Part shown: one piece after another, positions 13,195-27,075 of the stretch | Layout: each line of letters opens with the position of its first letter | How positions within the stretch are numbered: the first letter of the stretch is position 1 | Source: Octopus sinensis | Lineage: Eukaryota | Direction of reading: 5' to 3' | Assembly (NCBI RefSeq): GCF_006345805.1 | Contig: NC_042998.1 | Span: forward strand, 168,144,001 to 168,208,000 | Length of the DNA: 64,000 bases | The notes under the pieces: model-generated | Databases searched by the model: none | The model's input: the letters and a program-made list of their open reading frames with translations, nothing else | What the model was told of the DNA's origin: nothing | Made by a program: the position numbers and the translations under genes

Positions 13195-13525
13195 TATAAA
13201 CCCGTCTTGTGAGTGTATTTGCCAGACGTAAACTGAAAAAAGCCCGTCACATATACATACATGTGTGTGTGTCTGTGTGTGTGTATGTGTGTGTCTGTGT
13301 GTGTGTGTATTTGTCCATGTGTGTGTGTGTGTCTGTGTTTGTCTCCCACCACCACTTAACAGCAGGTGTTATTTCGATAACGTCACGGTAACTTAGCGTT
13401 GACAAAAAGAGATCGACAAAATGAGTACCATCCTTTTAAAAATAGTACTGAGGCGACTCTACCCTTCGAGACATTGACCCCAGCAAGACCGCAGTCCAAT
13501 GACTGAAACAAGTAGCAAGAAAAGA
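13195..13525 (+). mobile_element. SINE family B, 5'-truncated
   Basis: Family B body, (TG)n and tail. Confidence 0.75.
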
Positions 13526-13544
13526 TATGTACATAACAGATGAC

Positions 13545-13990
13545 GTTTCTTCTCCACGTTCTTACCAATCTCGTAAACAAGTCTAGATATTCTCAGAGTT
13601 CCTGTCAAAGATATCAATGCAACTATGGAAAGCAGCGGAACCAGCGAGTCTCCTTGGAATATTTTCCTCTGGATTTTTTCATCTCCTAATGATTTACTTC
13701 CACACATTGGTTCTACTTTCAACGATCTTATTGCTTTCAGAAAACAAAACTCTTAATCTTCCTATGGACCCCGAGGTCACCTGAAAACACAATACTGAGA
13801 TGCATTCCGTATGCTTTCTTATAATCCATTCAACCCATTGCTGAGTTAGTGCATTATTCTGTGCTCTTATATTTTTGTGGGTGTTGGTGGAATATAGACT
13901 CCTATTGTTACTAGACTGCATCAGTTTGTTTTCTTTGGAGTTTTAGCCTCTTGTTTTCTTGTGCTTGTGATGCACGTAATGTGTGTTCTG
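13545..13990 (-). pseudogene. Non-LTR retrotransposon reverse-transcriptase relic (R4/Dong-like)
   Basis: Minus-strand RKIFQGDSLVPLL (QGDSLSPLL motif; GDS at 13645-13653) and a frameshifted W-I-x-YKKAY (WIDYKKAYD motif) near 13809-13828. Confidence 0.75.
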
Positions 13991-14027
13991 CTGTTTAATA
14001 GGTTATTAATGCCGCACCGCACCGAAG

Positions 14028-14410
14028 ACGGTTAGCTAGCAGAATCGTTACCGCGTCGGACAAAATACTGAGCGGCACTTCGTACGTCTTTACATTCTGA
14101 ACTCAAATTCTCTCTCGGGGTTGATAAAACAGGTACCAGTTGAGTACTGGGATCGATGTAATTGATTTAGCCCCTCCCACGAAATTGCTAGCTTTGGGCC
14201 AAAATTTGAAACCATCAAAATTTGAACCGATCAAAATGCTTAGCAGCATTTCTTCTGGCTTTTTACTTAGTTTAAATTTCACCGAGGTCACCTTTGTCTT
14301 TCGTCCTTTCGGGGTCGATGAAATAAGTATCATTTGAACACTGAGGTTGATGTAAACGAGATACCACCTCCTCTTAAAACTCCTAGCCTTGTGCCAAAAT
14401 TTGAATAGAT
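14028..14410 (+). mobile_element. Two tandem degraded SINE A' copies
   Basis: Two successive TCAAAT/TTAAAT B-box and GGGGTCGAT bodies, each with an A' tail. Confidence 0.7.
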
Positions 14411-15439
14411 TTCTATAATTGCTGTGATTTTTACTGTTACTATTTCTAAACAATGATAAATGATTTTTTCTACCTCACTCCATAAATTTATTAAATTTGG
14501 TGTCGATTATTCCCATGTCAAACCGTTTTTTTTTCTGTTAGTGTACTTTATTTTGCTGCAAAACTGACCAGAAGCCTTTTTTTTACCATTTAGCACGTCC
14601 ATCACTTTTATTTTTCACCACCTCATGCTCACCCAACTTCTCTTCCTCTTTATATTTCTCTTTTCATCTCCCTCTGAATTTTCCTCTTCCATTACGTTCT
14701 GCCTACACATGCACTCTTGCATTGCTTAACATTCCTTAATAGTTGTGCAACTCGCTCTAATACAGGGTATATAAGACTGTTTTATCTTTCCATTCCCCCC
14801 CCCTGCTATCTCAGTTCTGAAACAGTCACATTCTCCGAAACGCCAAATGCTCCAGTACTCATTGCAGCATTACTTTATTCTTTTTGTTACACTTTTCCCA
14901 ACTAATGCAATACTTGCCGACGGAGACCTTCACCACTCTCCTTCAATTCTGCTTAATATTATGTATGCATCTCTGTACGTGTGCACACATGTGTGTGCGT
15001 GTGTGTGTATGTGAATCAATGTATGTGTGTGTCTGTTTCTATCCTAAGTGTGTAGTCTATATGTGTTGTTAATTTCATCGTGTGCAGTAGATCTTTATGG
15101 TATACGTTTTTCGGAACGAGACGGATTGTATGTAAACAACTCGGGCAATTATTCTGATTGAAAATACAGTAAGCTATGAGTTAAACAAAACTTAATTTTT
15201 TGTTTTGTAAATTAATTCGTGTCTATGTGAATTAATCGATTGTAAATTAATCGATAAAATGTTGTACTTTAGTGCAACCTTCCACGCCTTTTTACCACAA
15301 TCTCAAGTAATATTCACAGGTTTGGATTACGTACACTATTTTTATTTAAATATTCATAGGATTTCCAGATTATATTCTGATTATTCATGTTCGGATAACC
15401 GAGTATAGACAGAAATCTTGCCAGGAGAAAAATACCTTA

Positions 15440-15775
15440 CTTTTTACCTTTTACTGTTTCAGTTTATGGCCATGCTGGGGCATCGCCTTGAAAATTTTTA
15501 GTCGAATGAATCGATTTCAGAGCCTATTTTTCAAGTTTCACACTTATTCCAACGATATGATTTGCCAAACTGCTAAATTACAGTATCGTAAACAAACTGG
15601 TTGTAAACAGTGGTGGGAACCAAACCCAGGCACACAGACGCACCCGCCGCACACACACACACACACACACATACACACACGCACAAACACACTGACGCGC
15701 ACACATATGTTTATTTGCGACAGGCTTCTTTCAATTTCCGTCTACCAAATCCACTCACAAGGCTTTGGTCTATAG
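15440..15775 (-). mobile_element. SINE family B, head missing
   Basis: Family B tail, (CA)n and body. Confidence 0.75.
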
Positions 15776-16541
15776 TAGATGATATAAGGTAATGATAATA
15801 TACTGGTTTCGCTTCTCTAGATTATATCTTTCCCCAGGAGGAAAAAAATAGTCTTGTGACTCAACCAAAAGAAATTTGTTTTATCTTCAATCTTTTCATT
15901 TTGCATCGCTTTAAATATATAAAGGGTTAACAAGCCTATCACCTGACCTCCTTTGTTCCGTACATCGTGCATGTGCATGTTTAAATGTGCGCTTTAGAGT
16001 TCATTTTATTATAGAAGTATGTGGCGTCGAGCCAAAGAGAGAGAGGGGGGAAGAGAGAGAGAGAGAGCAATTATGTTTGTCTGGCCACCTCACGCCTCCT
16101 TTAAATTTAGTTTAAAATTAAAACTATTTTAGCAAAATAATGATTAAATACACATAAACTGGAGTGGAAGCAGAACAATGACAGCAACAGCTATTTATTT
16201 TGTACCCTTATGCGAAAAGAATTCAAGAATAATTGATCGTCCACGCCTTTTTCTTTCGTCTTTCTGACTCTCCTCCACACGACCGAATCCCATAACTACT
16301 TGTCCTGTTCGCATGAAATTTGATATATGCTTGTATTCTCGGGCAGATAGGGATTAAGCTTCAATGAGAAGCGTGGTTGCAACAACAACAACAACAGCCA
16401 TACATACACACATATTCACAAATCCAAAATAAATACTACCACCTCTACTCTCTCCAAACAACAACAACAACAACAATAACAATATTAAATTAGATAAGGG
16501 GGGAAATAAACAATTACTTAGGAAAATAGAAACTACTACTA

Positions 16542-16591
<50 letters not shown>

Positions 16592-16981
16592 ATGATTAGT
16601 TGTCTTGTATTTCATTTGTTGCTTTTCCTTTACTACTATCTAGGTCCACTCACCTCCTGCACCACGTTTTCGTTTTTCTATATCCAGGCAAACCATGTGT
16701 TAATACTATTGATTTTTCTCTCTAGCCCAACGGCACGTGCTTCTGTCATCTTTGTGTTGTTCCCCCACCAACGTTCTCACGTAGCATATGGCGCGTGCTT
16801 CGTTTCCTTTTAGTTTATGTTCCCACAAACCATCACTTCAAATCGTCAGGGTACAGGGTACTTTTATGAAGACTCATGGAAGTTGTTGGTTTCAAACAAT
16901 ATAGAATTATTTTGCCTTTCCTATCTTTCCCAACGCTGTTACATGCTAAACTCTATGGCATATGTTCCTTTTATAGTATTC

Positions 16982-17331
<350 letters not shown>

Positions 17332-17674
17332 ATAATACTGTACGAAGGACTTTCTAATTCTTATTCTTCAACATATACATGTATGTATGTATGTATGTAT
17401 GTATATATGTATGTATGTATGCATGTATGCATAAGCACATGCACATGTGTGTGAGTGTGTGTGTCATTTGTTTTGATCAGTGGAGTGCAGCCATGCTGGG
17501 GCACCACCTTGAAGTGTTTAATCGAACAAATCGACTCCAGTGCTTATTTTCTACTTATTCCATTTGTCTCCCTTATGCCAAACCGTTCAGTTATATGGAC
17601 TTGAACAGACTAAAACCAGTTGCCAAGAGGTGGGGTACGAACACAATATCACACACAAGCACACGCGCATATGC

Positions 17675-17733
<59 letters not shown>

Positions 17734-18151
17734 TAAAATACAAAATGGAACAAGAACGCAAAACATCCGGACAACTAGGTGATACAGAAAGGGACAACAA
17801 AACATCCAGATAGACGATACAATGAAAACAAGGACGGGTCATTCGAAGCTTTCTGTCCTCAATCAAGAACCGGATCATCCTTGCAAATTGAGCTGATTAA
17901 TCTTAAGATGTGTGTGTATATATATATATATATAGCATAATTAAATCTCAGAATGAGATTGAAACAGTAATCGCTCGATAATGTAAAGTATAGAAGCCAT
18001 CTTATCATGGCTAACCACATTGGGGAGGGGGTGTTACTGTAGCTTTATAGCCCCAAGAGATCTTCGTCTCTAGCTGGCTTTAGACACAATATCAGTGTCC
18101 TTGGAGTGTTTGCAAAGGGAGGCCATCCCTTCCTCGTAAGCCTGAGTGATA

Positions 18152-18194
18152 CGCTCGAACTAGTTTCGGGATTGTTGTCCCTCGTCAACGGGCG
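18152..18194 (-). ncRNA. Minimal hammerhead ribozyme variant (mirror copy)
   Basis: Exact reverse complement of 18467-18509. Confidence 0.65.
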
Positions 18195-18466
18195 GTAACC
18201 ACCAGGTCGCGATGAAAGTGAAGGCTGCTTTGCAAACATATATAAGTTTTTCTAATGGCGTCTGCCACTGATGTCGAAAAACGAACAGTAAGCATAATTA
18301 AATCTCAGAATGAGATTGAAACAGTAATCGCTCGATAATGTAAAGTATAGAAGCCATCTTATCATGGCTAACCACTTCGTTTTTCGACATCAGTGGCAGA
18401 CGCCATTAGAAAAACTTATATATGTTTGCAAAGCAGCCTTCACTTTCATCGCGACCTGGTGGTTAC

Positions 18467-18509
18467 CGCCCGTTGACGAGGGACAACAATCCCGAAACTA
18501 GTTCGAGCG
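18467..18509 (+). ncRNA. Minimal type I hammerhead ribozyme variant (C3U)
   Basis: CGCCCG-UUGACGA-GGGA caacaa UCCC-GAAA-CUAG-U-U-CGAGCG: helix I 5 of 6 pairs, perfect 4-bp helix II, palindromic ACUAGU helix III, GUU triplet. Confidence 0.65.
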
Positions 18510-18678
18510 TATCACTCAGGCTTGCGAGGAAGGGATGGCCTCCCTTTGCAAACACTCCAAGGACACTGATATTGTGTCTAAAGCCAGCTAGAGACGAAGA
18601 TCTCTTGGGGCTATAAAGCTACAGTAACACCCCCTCCCTAATGTGGTTAGCCATGATAAGATGGCTTCTATACTTTAC

Positions 18679-18748
<70 letters not shown>

Positions 18749-20285
18749 TATATATATACATATATACACACGCACACACACGGCGAATTTCTCCACTGTT
18801 TCCATCTACTAACACTCACAATGTACTGCGGCCCAGAGCTATAGCAGAATAAATTTGTCTAAGCTGCACGTTTGGTCTGGATCACCATATGGTTGCAAAT
18901 CAGACTTCCTAACTCCAGTCATGCCATGCATGTATGAGATTCATTAATAATCTTCTTACTAGAAGCCAAATGATGTTATTCCTGGTATATTCACACTTTT
19001 TTTTTTCTTGAGATTACAGTCACTGAAATCCAAAGTAATGCTATGAAGTATTTTACTTCCATTTCGCTTTTCGAAAATGTATGCATGCATGCATCCATCC
19101 ATCCATCTATCCACCCATCCATCCATCCATCCATACATACATACATACATACATACATACATACATACATACATACATACATACATACATGCATACATAC
19201 ACACATGCAAAAGAAACTCTGTTGATGTAGTTGAAATTCCATTCAAGGAGCCTTGGATCTAGGTTAGAAACCGGCTCTTTCTCTTTTGGCAAGACATTTT
19301 GAAATAAACTTGGAGAATGACATACATACAAGATGATTACATCATCTTGTGAGATGATAACCGTCTCTCATTCAGCCTGATTATTCTGATTTACTTTCAT
19401 CCTTGCATGTACGCGGATATGACTTTACACATCGATATGCATCCAGCGCCATAGGACTTTGCAAAATACAAAGCAGAACATGACATGAAATGATAGTGAG
19501 ACAATTGCACGTCATTGGATTTAAGTGTCAAAAGCTTATATAACTGTTTTACCACTCTCTCCGTTGCAATTGTAGGTTCCAGTGACAAGCATTGCAAGAT
19601 GACCGGTAATATTTTGGCTGCAAGTTTTATATCAGAGTATTTTTTTCTACTAGAACTGCCTTCACCACGGCTTTGTCAAAAATAACGGGAGCTTCTCTAC
19701 CCTTGGGAAATCTACTTAGAATTTGGATGGGATCCTGACAGGTACTACCGTTCTGGGTCAGAACGGACCTGAGAGTAATGGTAACTGTGTGTGTGTCTGT
19801 GTCTGTGTGTGTGCGTGGGTGAGTGTGTGTGTGTGTGTGTGTGTATGCATGCGTGTGTGCGTGTGTGTGTGAGAGAGAGGGAGAGAGAGAGAGTCGTTAT
19901 TTTTTATTGTTCTTCTACGTGATGACATAAGCTTTGCCATAAACAAAATGAATTGTAGTTCCGCTTATTATACATTAAACCAGGTACGGGAGTCCTTACT
20001 CCGAGAAGCAAACTGCATGAGACATGGTTCTTTGTCAGGCGGGCCGCACTACAAAAAAAACAAAAAAAACAATGATGATAATAATCAAAAATAATTTTAT
20101 AAAGTCCAACAAGCTGCAATTTACCCCTGACTTCCCTAATCGTCGATCAAATTCTAGAACATGTCTTACCTGGTTTGTTGACTGATTATTTCAATTACTT
20201 AAACTAGCTCTGATAGCAAACATTCATATTCATTTTATATATTAAACCTACTGAAGTTAATTATCATTTTGGTCTCTCTCTCTCT

Positions 20286-20385
20286 NNNNNNNNNNNNNNN
20301 NNNNNNNNNNNNNNNNNNNNNNNNNNNNNNNNNNNNNNNNNNNNNNNNNNNNNNNNNNNNNNNNNNNNNNNNNNNNNNNNNNNNN
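20286..20385. other. Assembly gap (100 N)
   Basis: Run of N. Confidence 1.
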
Positions 20386-21661
20386 GAAAATGTTCTTCAA
20401 TTATTTTTCGGTCTGTGATACACACTTTTCTTTATTACATATTGTATTGAAAAGTTTATTGCACCCAATATTATCCCTTTTGAAAGTACTTTATAGCTGT
20501 TTGAGTATTGTTTATAATTACAGCTAAGTAGTTCCAATCTGGTTCTTCTCGCTTTTCTTTCCCCTAGGAGCAATAAAGTACATGTCATAAGGTACAACTG
20601 AATCGATTATGACTTTATTCAACTCCGAAATTTTAACTTTGAATCAATATGATGTTAACAGCAAGTTATCACAATGCAAAGGAAAAAAATGTATTCGTCC
20701 AGTTGGTTGAAGCAAAATTATTCTATTTTATTTATCATCCACAAAGGTGCGAATATAACACTTTTCATTTATTCTCTTCCTCATATATACACCTTTTGTG
20801 TCTATATAATAGAAACCATTGCTTTCACTAAAAATCATTCGCTTCACTGCATTTGCTATTATTTCTTTGTAAAATGCACACATACCGTAAATCATGTTTT
20901 ATCGTACATATTTCCTTCCATGTTTCAGTATAAAGACTTTAAATCATATTGTCCCTATTTCGTCACAATCGTCGTCGTCATCATCATGGTCGTCGTTTTT
21001 ATCATCATCATATTTACGTCCGTATTTCCACGTAAAAAAGAGTTTGATGCATCCTTTCCAATACAGCGAGATGCTTTTGCTAATCTTTTGCGTTCTTTTC
21101 TCATCTCCTTTGTGCTCTACAGTGTCCTGAGTTCCGTTTTCAATTCCGCTCCTTTCTTGCTCGATCTTCCACATCCATAGTTTCATTTCTAAACCAATTG
21201 TAATCTCCCTTGCACGCTACATCTAATTTCTCTTTTTTTTAATCACATGTACCACGTCATCCATGTACTCTAACGTTATACATCCAATGCATTAGGCTTG
21301 CTTTATTTCTTTATGTGAACTCAGGGGACCGAAATATTAAAGGTGACATATTCTTCTATTGCTACAACTTAAACAAGGATAGATCTCACAACACTACTTC
21401 CTTGCTTACAAGTGTAGAAAAATACCTTGTAATCGAATAAAAAAGAATCGATATTTATACTAAACACATCAACTCGATCATCTTACAGAGTTCAGTGAAT
21501 TTGTACCCAAAATATGTTTAACACCCTCATAGCAATATATTTTCTTCTCTTGCTATACCTGTTTGGACCGGTTTATAAAGAACACACAGACACACGCACA
21601 CACACACATGATATATATAGTATAATATATATATATATGTGTGTGTGTGTGTGTATATATG

Positions 21662-21731
<70 letters not shown>

Positions 21732-23067
21732 AGATTGTCAATATATAAGTGAGAGGAATACAATGATCACAGTTAGTAAGGCCAACAGCGATATTGATGT
21801 CATCTTTATGACATAGGTCAGATATGTGATGAGTACTGAGACGACTAAAATTATGTGGTCAAGAGGGGTTTATATGTTTATAAGAGTCCTACTCACATCA
21901 AGGGACCACAGAATCAATCTTGTCCTATATTCAGTCATGGGAGCAAAAGGATAGATCATGAAACCGTTGGTGATAATGTACGGTAGAATGATATTTGAAG
22001 TCTAATTAATTTCAGGAGCTGGAAGGTCAGAAGAGGATAGAGTGTGGCGAACATCAACAGAATCAGCACACAAAAAAAAAAGAAAAAAAACAGCAGGTCT
22101 AAAAAACTGTTTCCAGAGTAATGGGTATTGCACTGCAAGTTATTGCTTCCAGTTTGAAAACAATGCATGTACGTATATAGTATAAGAAAGAAAGCCGCTG
22201 ATAAAATAATTTGGTGTCTGTAACTTTTACTAAAAGAAAGCAATTATTAAAATCCATACTGTGTAGAAAATTCTTATAAATTCCAATTTTTATACTTGTT
22301 TTTATCAAAATGTGCTTCTGAAAAATCTTTTGTTGTTGAAGATTTCAACTTCTCGATTCAGTAACAAAAGTAATTTTTATTCATTGTGAAATAGTCATCT
22401 TACACTGCGAAAAAGCGTTTTTGTAACGTCACTGTTCATAGTTGTTGTAGAAATATAAAGGTTGGCGAAATATTTACAACGCTACTATCTACAGATATAT
22501 CAGTAGAAACATTTCTCCAAATCATAAGTTTATCCCTACCCCAGCCAAATTATGTTGATTCCTTTCATATTCGGTGCTGTTGAGGATAATAAGCTGATAA
22601 CTATTACGTGGCTAATTTAAATCAACAACATACCTGATTTTTTTCATAAATTATCAAGTTCTCTTTGAGAGCTTGTATTATTCTAAATTTACTAACTGGG
22701 CGAATGCATGCTGTTAGACGCAGTCAACGATGCAAAGGAAAATTAGACGTAACATGAGAAACATTAAGGAAACAAAATCATTTGACAATTACAAAACCGC
22801 CTGGAAGATAGCCTTTCTGCTTGTTTATTCAAATTTCCGTTTTCATTGACAACGCGAGACAACTTTTATTCTGATCCCATCTATGAAGCATTCCTACTTA
22901 CGCAAATTACAAAGAAAATCTTAATCACAGCATACAGAATAAATAAATAAAAAGGAAAGTGTTAATGAAATAAAAAGAACAATTCTAGAACATAGAGGCA
23001 CACACTATAAGCTTAGACATGCGCAAATAAACATCCATCCATCTATTTACTCCCTTTCTCTCTCTTT

Positions 23068-23098
<31 letters not shown>

Positions 23099-23300
23099 AT
23101 ATATATATATATATATTATATAAAAGGGCTTAGTAAAATAAATTACTTTCCGCATACTGAACTCGTTAGAAATAGCAGCTAAAAAAACTTTTTATAAAAC
23201 TATTTCTACACTTAAAGAAAACTTCTCTTATAGTGTTTGCTCAATTCAACTCAAGAAAGTATGAGGGTAGAGACATTAAAAAATCAAATGCAAAGGTCAC

Positions 23301-23354
23301 TTGAGTACGTACGCTTCAAGATTAGTCAAAATCGACCTTCTCTCATCAGCTCAG
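23301..23354 (-). ncRNA. Minimal hammerhead variant (mirror copy)
   Basis: Reverse complement of 23629-23683 with a 1-nt difference in loop II. Confidence 0.6.
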
Positions 23355-23628
23355 AATGCCCTTGTTTGAATTTGAAAACACTGAAAATGGGAGCACACCC
23401 CTTCGGCTTGTTATCGCTTCTGAAGATCTGCTCCAAACTAACAGTGCCAACAAACTCAAATATGCAAGAGAAAAATTTCTGCTCTCCCCTTTCCACCAGC
23501 GTGGGTTAAAATCAGCAAACACTATGCTTTTTTCGGTAAAATCCGAGACAATTAAGTAGAGAGAGATGAATTATAATTTCAACAATTGAGGGTAAAATTA
23601 AGTGTTTTCAAATTCAAACAAGGGCATT

Positions 23629-23683
23629 CTGAGCTGATGAGAGAAGGGTCGATTTTGACTAATCTTGAAGCGTACGTACTCAA
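23629..23683 (+). ncRNA. Minimal type I hammerhead variant (A15.1G)
   Basis: CUGAG-CUGAUGA-GAGA...GUC gauuuu GAC...UCUU-GAAG-CGUACG-U-A-CUCAA: intact CUGAUGA, GAAG instead of GAAA, palindromic CGUACG, GUA triplet. Confidence 0.6.
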
Positions 23684-23969
23684 GTGACCTTTGCATTTGA
23701 TTTTTTAATGTCTCTACCCTCATACTTTCTTGAGTTGAATTGAGCAAAAATATATGAGAGAGGTTTTCTTTAAGTGTTAGAAATAGTTTTATAAAAAGTT
23801 TTTTTAGCTGCTATTCTAACGAGTTCAGTATGCGGCAAAGTAATTTATTTTACTAAGCCCTTTTATATAATGTAATAATTTGAATTTGCCTTAAATGGTC
23901 CCTTTGCATACTGAATACTTGGTGAAATTGATTAATTAATTAATTAATTTTACCCTCAATTGTTGAAAT

Positions 23970-24009
<40 letters not shown>

Positions 24010-24531
24010 TATATATGTATGTATGTATATGTTTGTATGTATGTTATTTATTCTAGGGTGTATCTATATATACACCCTAGAAACTATACATCTCTGCTGA
24101 AAAATTTTGATTGTCAGCGTGTCGATAGTGAACTTGATGACATTTTTACAGCTGATTGACGTATACAATAATACTATGGCACTTGTTGTTGTTGTGGTTG
24201 TCGACGTCAGTATTGAGGTTGTTTAGTTTATATCATAGCAACGATGAAATGTGTTCAAGTTTTGACCATACTGTTTTTGTTTTTGTTTTTTTTTTGGGGG
24301 GGGGGGGTGTTTTTTCCAATTATAGCTAGCATATCAAGAATGATATTATTTTTAAACTGGTATGTGTGATTTCTTTCAGGCGATTTGGTGACTGTTGCAA
24401 ATTAAAACATCACGCAGAAGCATCCATGTTGGTTTCTCGACCATGAAAGGTTCCCTGACTAGTTCTGTAGATTTTGTACCTGGAATAGAAGTCTTTTGCA
24501 TGTTAAAATATTTGAAAATCACAGAAGCCAA

Positions 24532-24615
<84 letters not shown>

Positions 24616-25081
24616 ACACACAGACACACACACATACACACACAAATACACAAACGCTCATAAATGCACACACATACACACAAACAAACATATATATACG
24701 AGTAAGTGGAGAAATGAAAATAAGTGGCATTCAAATCATTTAGTAAGATTTTCATATATTAACTAATAATAACAATAATAATAATATTTGTTGTAGTAGT
24801 AGTAGTAGTAGTAGTAGTAGTAAGATTGGTGGCATGGAGAGGGTAGGCTGGTATGCATAGGTGACTTGTACCTTGCTCGGACTTTTACCTTGGAAAGCGT
24901 TAAAGTAATACAATTACGTTCCCTCTATCTCACGTGATGGACGCTTCACTCTCTCTCTCTCTCTCTCCTTCCCTCTCTCCGTCTTTTTATGTCTCCCTCT
25001 TTTCTTTCTCCATCTTCTCTAATCACGTGAAAGCGTTACCGACGAGCTAAGTAACACAATGACAAGCGGAATTATTATAAG

Positions 25082-25113
<32 letters not shown>

Positions 25114-25122
25114 TATAATAAT

Positions 25123-25192
<70 letters not shown>

Positions 25193-25195
25193 TTA

Positions 25196-25253
<58 letters not shown>

Positions 25254-25466
25254 GTTTCAAATTATGGCACAAGGCCAACAATTTTGGGAAAGGGGGCTAG
25301 TTGAATACATCAACCCTAGTGCTCAACTGGTACTTATTGGTGAAATAAGAGCACCACAACAAGCCACAGCACATACCCAAGGCACACAGAGCTGCACCGG
25401 TAGTGCAGTGAAAGCACGTGATAAAAATGAGACGATTGAATAATAATAATAATAATAATAATGATG

Positions 25467-25558
<92 letters not shown>
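25082..25558. repeat. Two long (TAA)n tracts separated by retroposon fragments
   Basis: (TAA)n at 25082-25251 and about 25438-25558. Confidence 0.95.
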
Positions 25559-25559
25559 C

Positions 25560-25742
25560 CTTTCAAATATAGGCACAAAGCCTGAAATTTGGTGTAGGAA
25601 GATAGTTGATCACATTGACCCCAGTGTTTCAAAAGGATGAAAGGTAAAGTCGACCTCAGCGGAATTTAAACTCGGAACGTAGCGACGGACTAAATACCGC
25701 TAAGCATTTCGTCCAGTGTGCTAACGATTCTGCCAGCTCCGC
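25560..25742 (-). mobile_element. SINE family A'
   Basis: Family A head on the minus strand; tail runs into (TAA)n. Confidence 0.75.
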
Positions 25743-26483
25743 ATTACCAGCTCGCCGGTACACACCTGTGCTCGCCTTTTTGTTTGTCTCCCACCGGTTT
25801 TGGTTTGTTTTTGGCCTTGTAACTATGCGGTTCGACAATAACAAAACCGATAGAAATATGCCCCAGACTTGAAAAAAAAAAAAGTATAGAAGTAGTTTTG
25901 CTCGACTAAATTCTTCAAGGCGGTGCCCCAGCATGGCCGCTATTCAATGACTGAAAAGTACAAGAAAAGTTAAAAGAAACCACTTATTTTAGCGGTGCTG
26001 ATGCTTTTGTTTTCTTATATTTGTTTTTGTTTCTTGTCTAGATTAGTTTCTGGTCAGGATTTATTTTTCAAAGAAAAATATGACTACCGAAGCGAGATCG
26101 CTCTTCTAAATTTGCACTAGATGACCGCCAAACAAATCAAACTGGTATCCTGTTGATTATAAAGAATAAACGGAAAAAAAGAAAAAAAACAAAAACGAAA
26201 GACTACAACATTAACCAAAGGAGCTATTAAAATGGCGATTATGCCCACTCAAGTTTCATTATTAACTCTCTAATTCAACTCAACGAAGTAATAAGATCAT
26301 CTAACAAAGAGGATGGATAACGTTTCTCAAAAAGCAAACTAACAAATTAGTACTATTTTTGTATAAATATATTAATATACATGTGCCGCAAAATAATTAG
26401 ATACCATCAGTAGAAATTGATATTTTCTTTTGTGGTTCAATAATAACAATGCACAAACAAACACATATCATATCATATCATAT

Positions 26484-26554
<71 letters not shown>

Positions 26555-26650
26555 ATTATATCATATATATTATATATCTATATCTATATCTATCTATCTA
26601 TCTATCTATATATATACATATATATATATATATTATATCATATATATTAT

Positions 26651-26712
<62 letters not shown>

Positions 26713-26713
<1 letters not shown>

Positions 26714-27075
26714 CTCTCTATATATAACGGCAAAATGTCTGTCTGTGTGTGTGTCCTTTATACAAATCCACAAATTTTCAGTTAGAGGGCTCGCACTTTC
26801 TATGGTCATTTAAAACCGTCCAATGGTGGTCGTGCACATCTTTACATTTCCCCAGTCACCCCGCAAAACCATTAAAAAATCAATAGGAGTGACTTTTTGT
26901 GAATTTTCTATCCAAAACCCAATCACAATGCCCGAAACTTGATACGCCAATTGAATGCCAGCTAGCTGTATGTGATTGGTCGGAGACTTGGACAGTATTC
27001 GCGTGTATGTGCGCACGCACGCAGCTGTATATGCATGCACTAGCACTATGACCCGGTTTTCAAGCAATGGTCGGG
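26713..27075 (+). mobile_element. Helitron-like element, 5' portion
   Basis: A|TCTCTCTATATATAACGGCAAAATGTCTGTCTGTGTG start; no clear plus-strand CTAG end; a minus-strand-type 3' end (CTAGCACTATGACCCGG) occurs near 27040. Confidence 0.55.

Larger units (their letters stand above)
17934..18683. mobile_element. Inverted-duplicated hammerhead-bearing element (Penelope pLTR-like)
   Basis: 308-bp inverted repeats at 17978-18285 and 18376-18683 (two substitutions noticed); 85-bp direct repeat at 17934-18018 and 18291-18375; (TA)n on both flanks. Confidence 0.8.
23115..23871. mobile_element. Fold-back hammerhead-bearing element (Penelope pLTR-like)
   Basis: Inverted arms of about 270 bp at 23115-23382 and 23601-23871 with a 218-bp spacer; (TA)n on the left and at about 23971. 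Confidence 0.8.

Noticed and set aside
18560-18610. Second hammerhead-like string CUGAUAU...AGAC-GAAGAUCUC
   Set aside because: Core is not CUGANGA/GAAA, and CUGAU lies in the loop of a competing GGACAC/GUGUCU hairpin.
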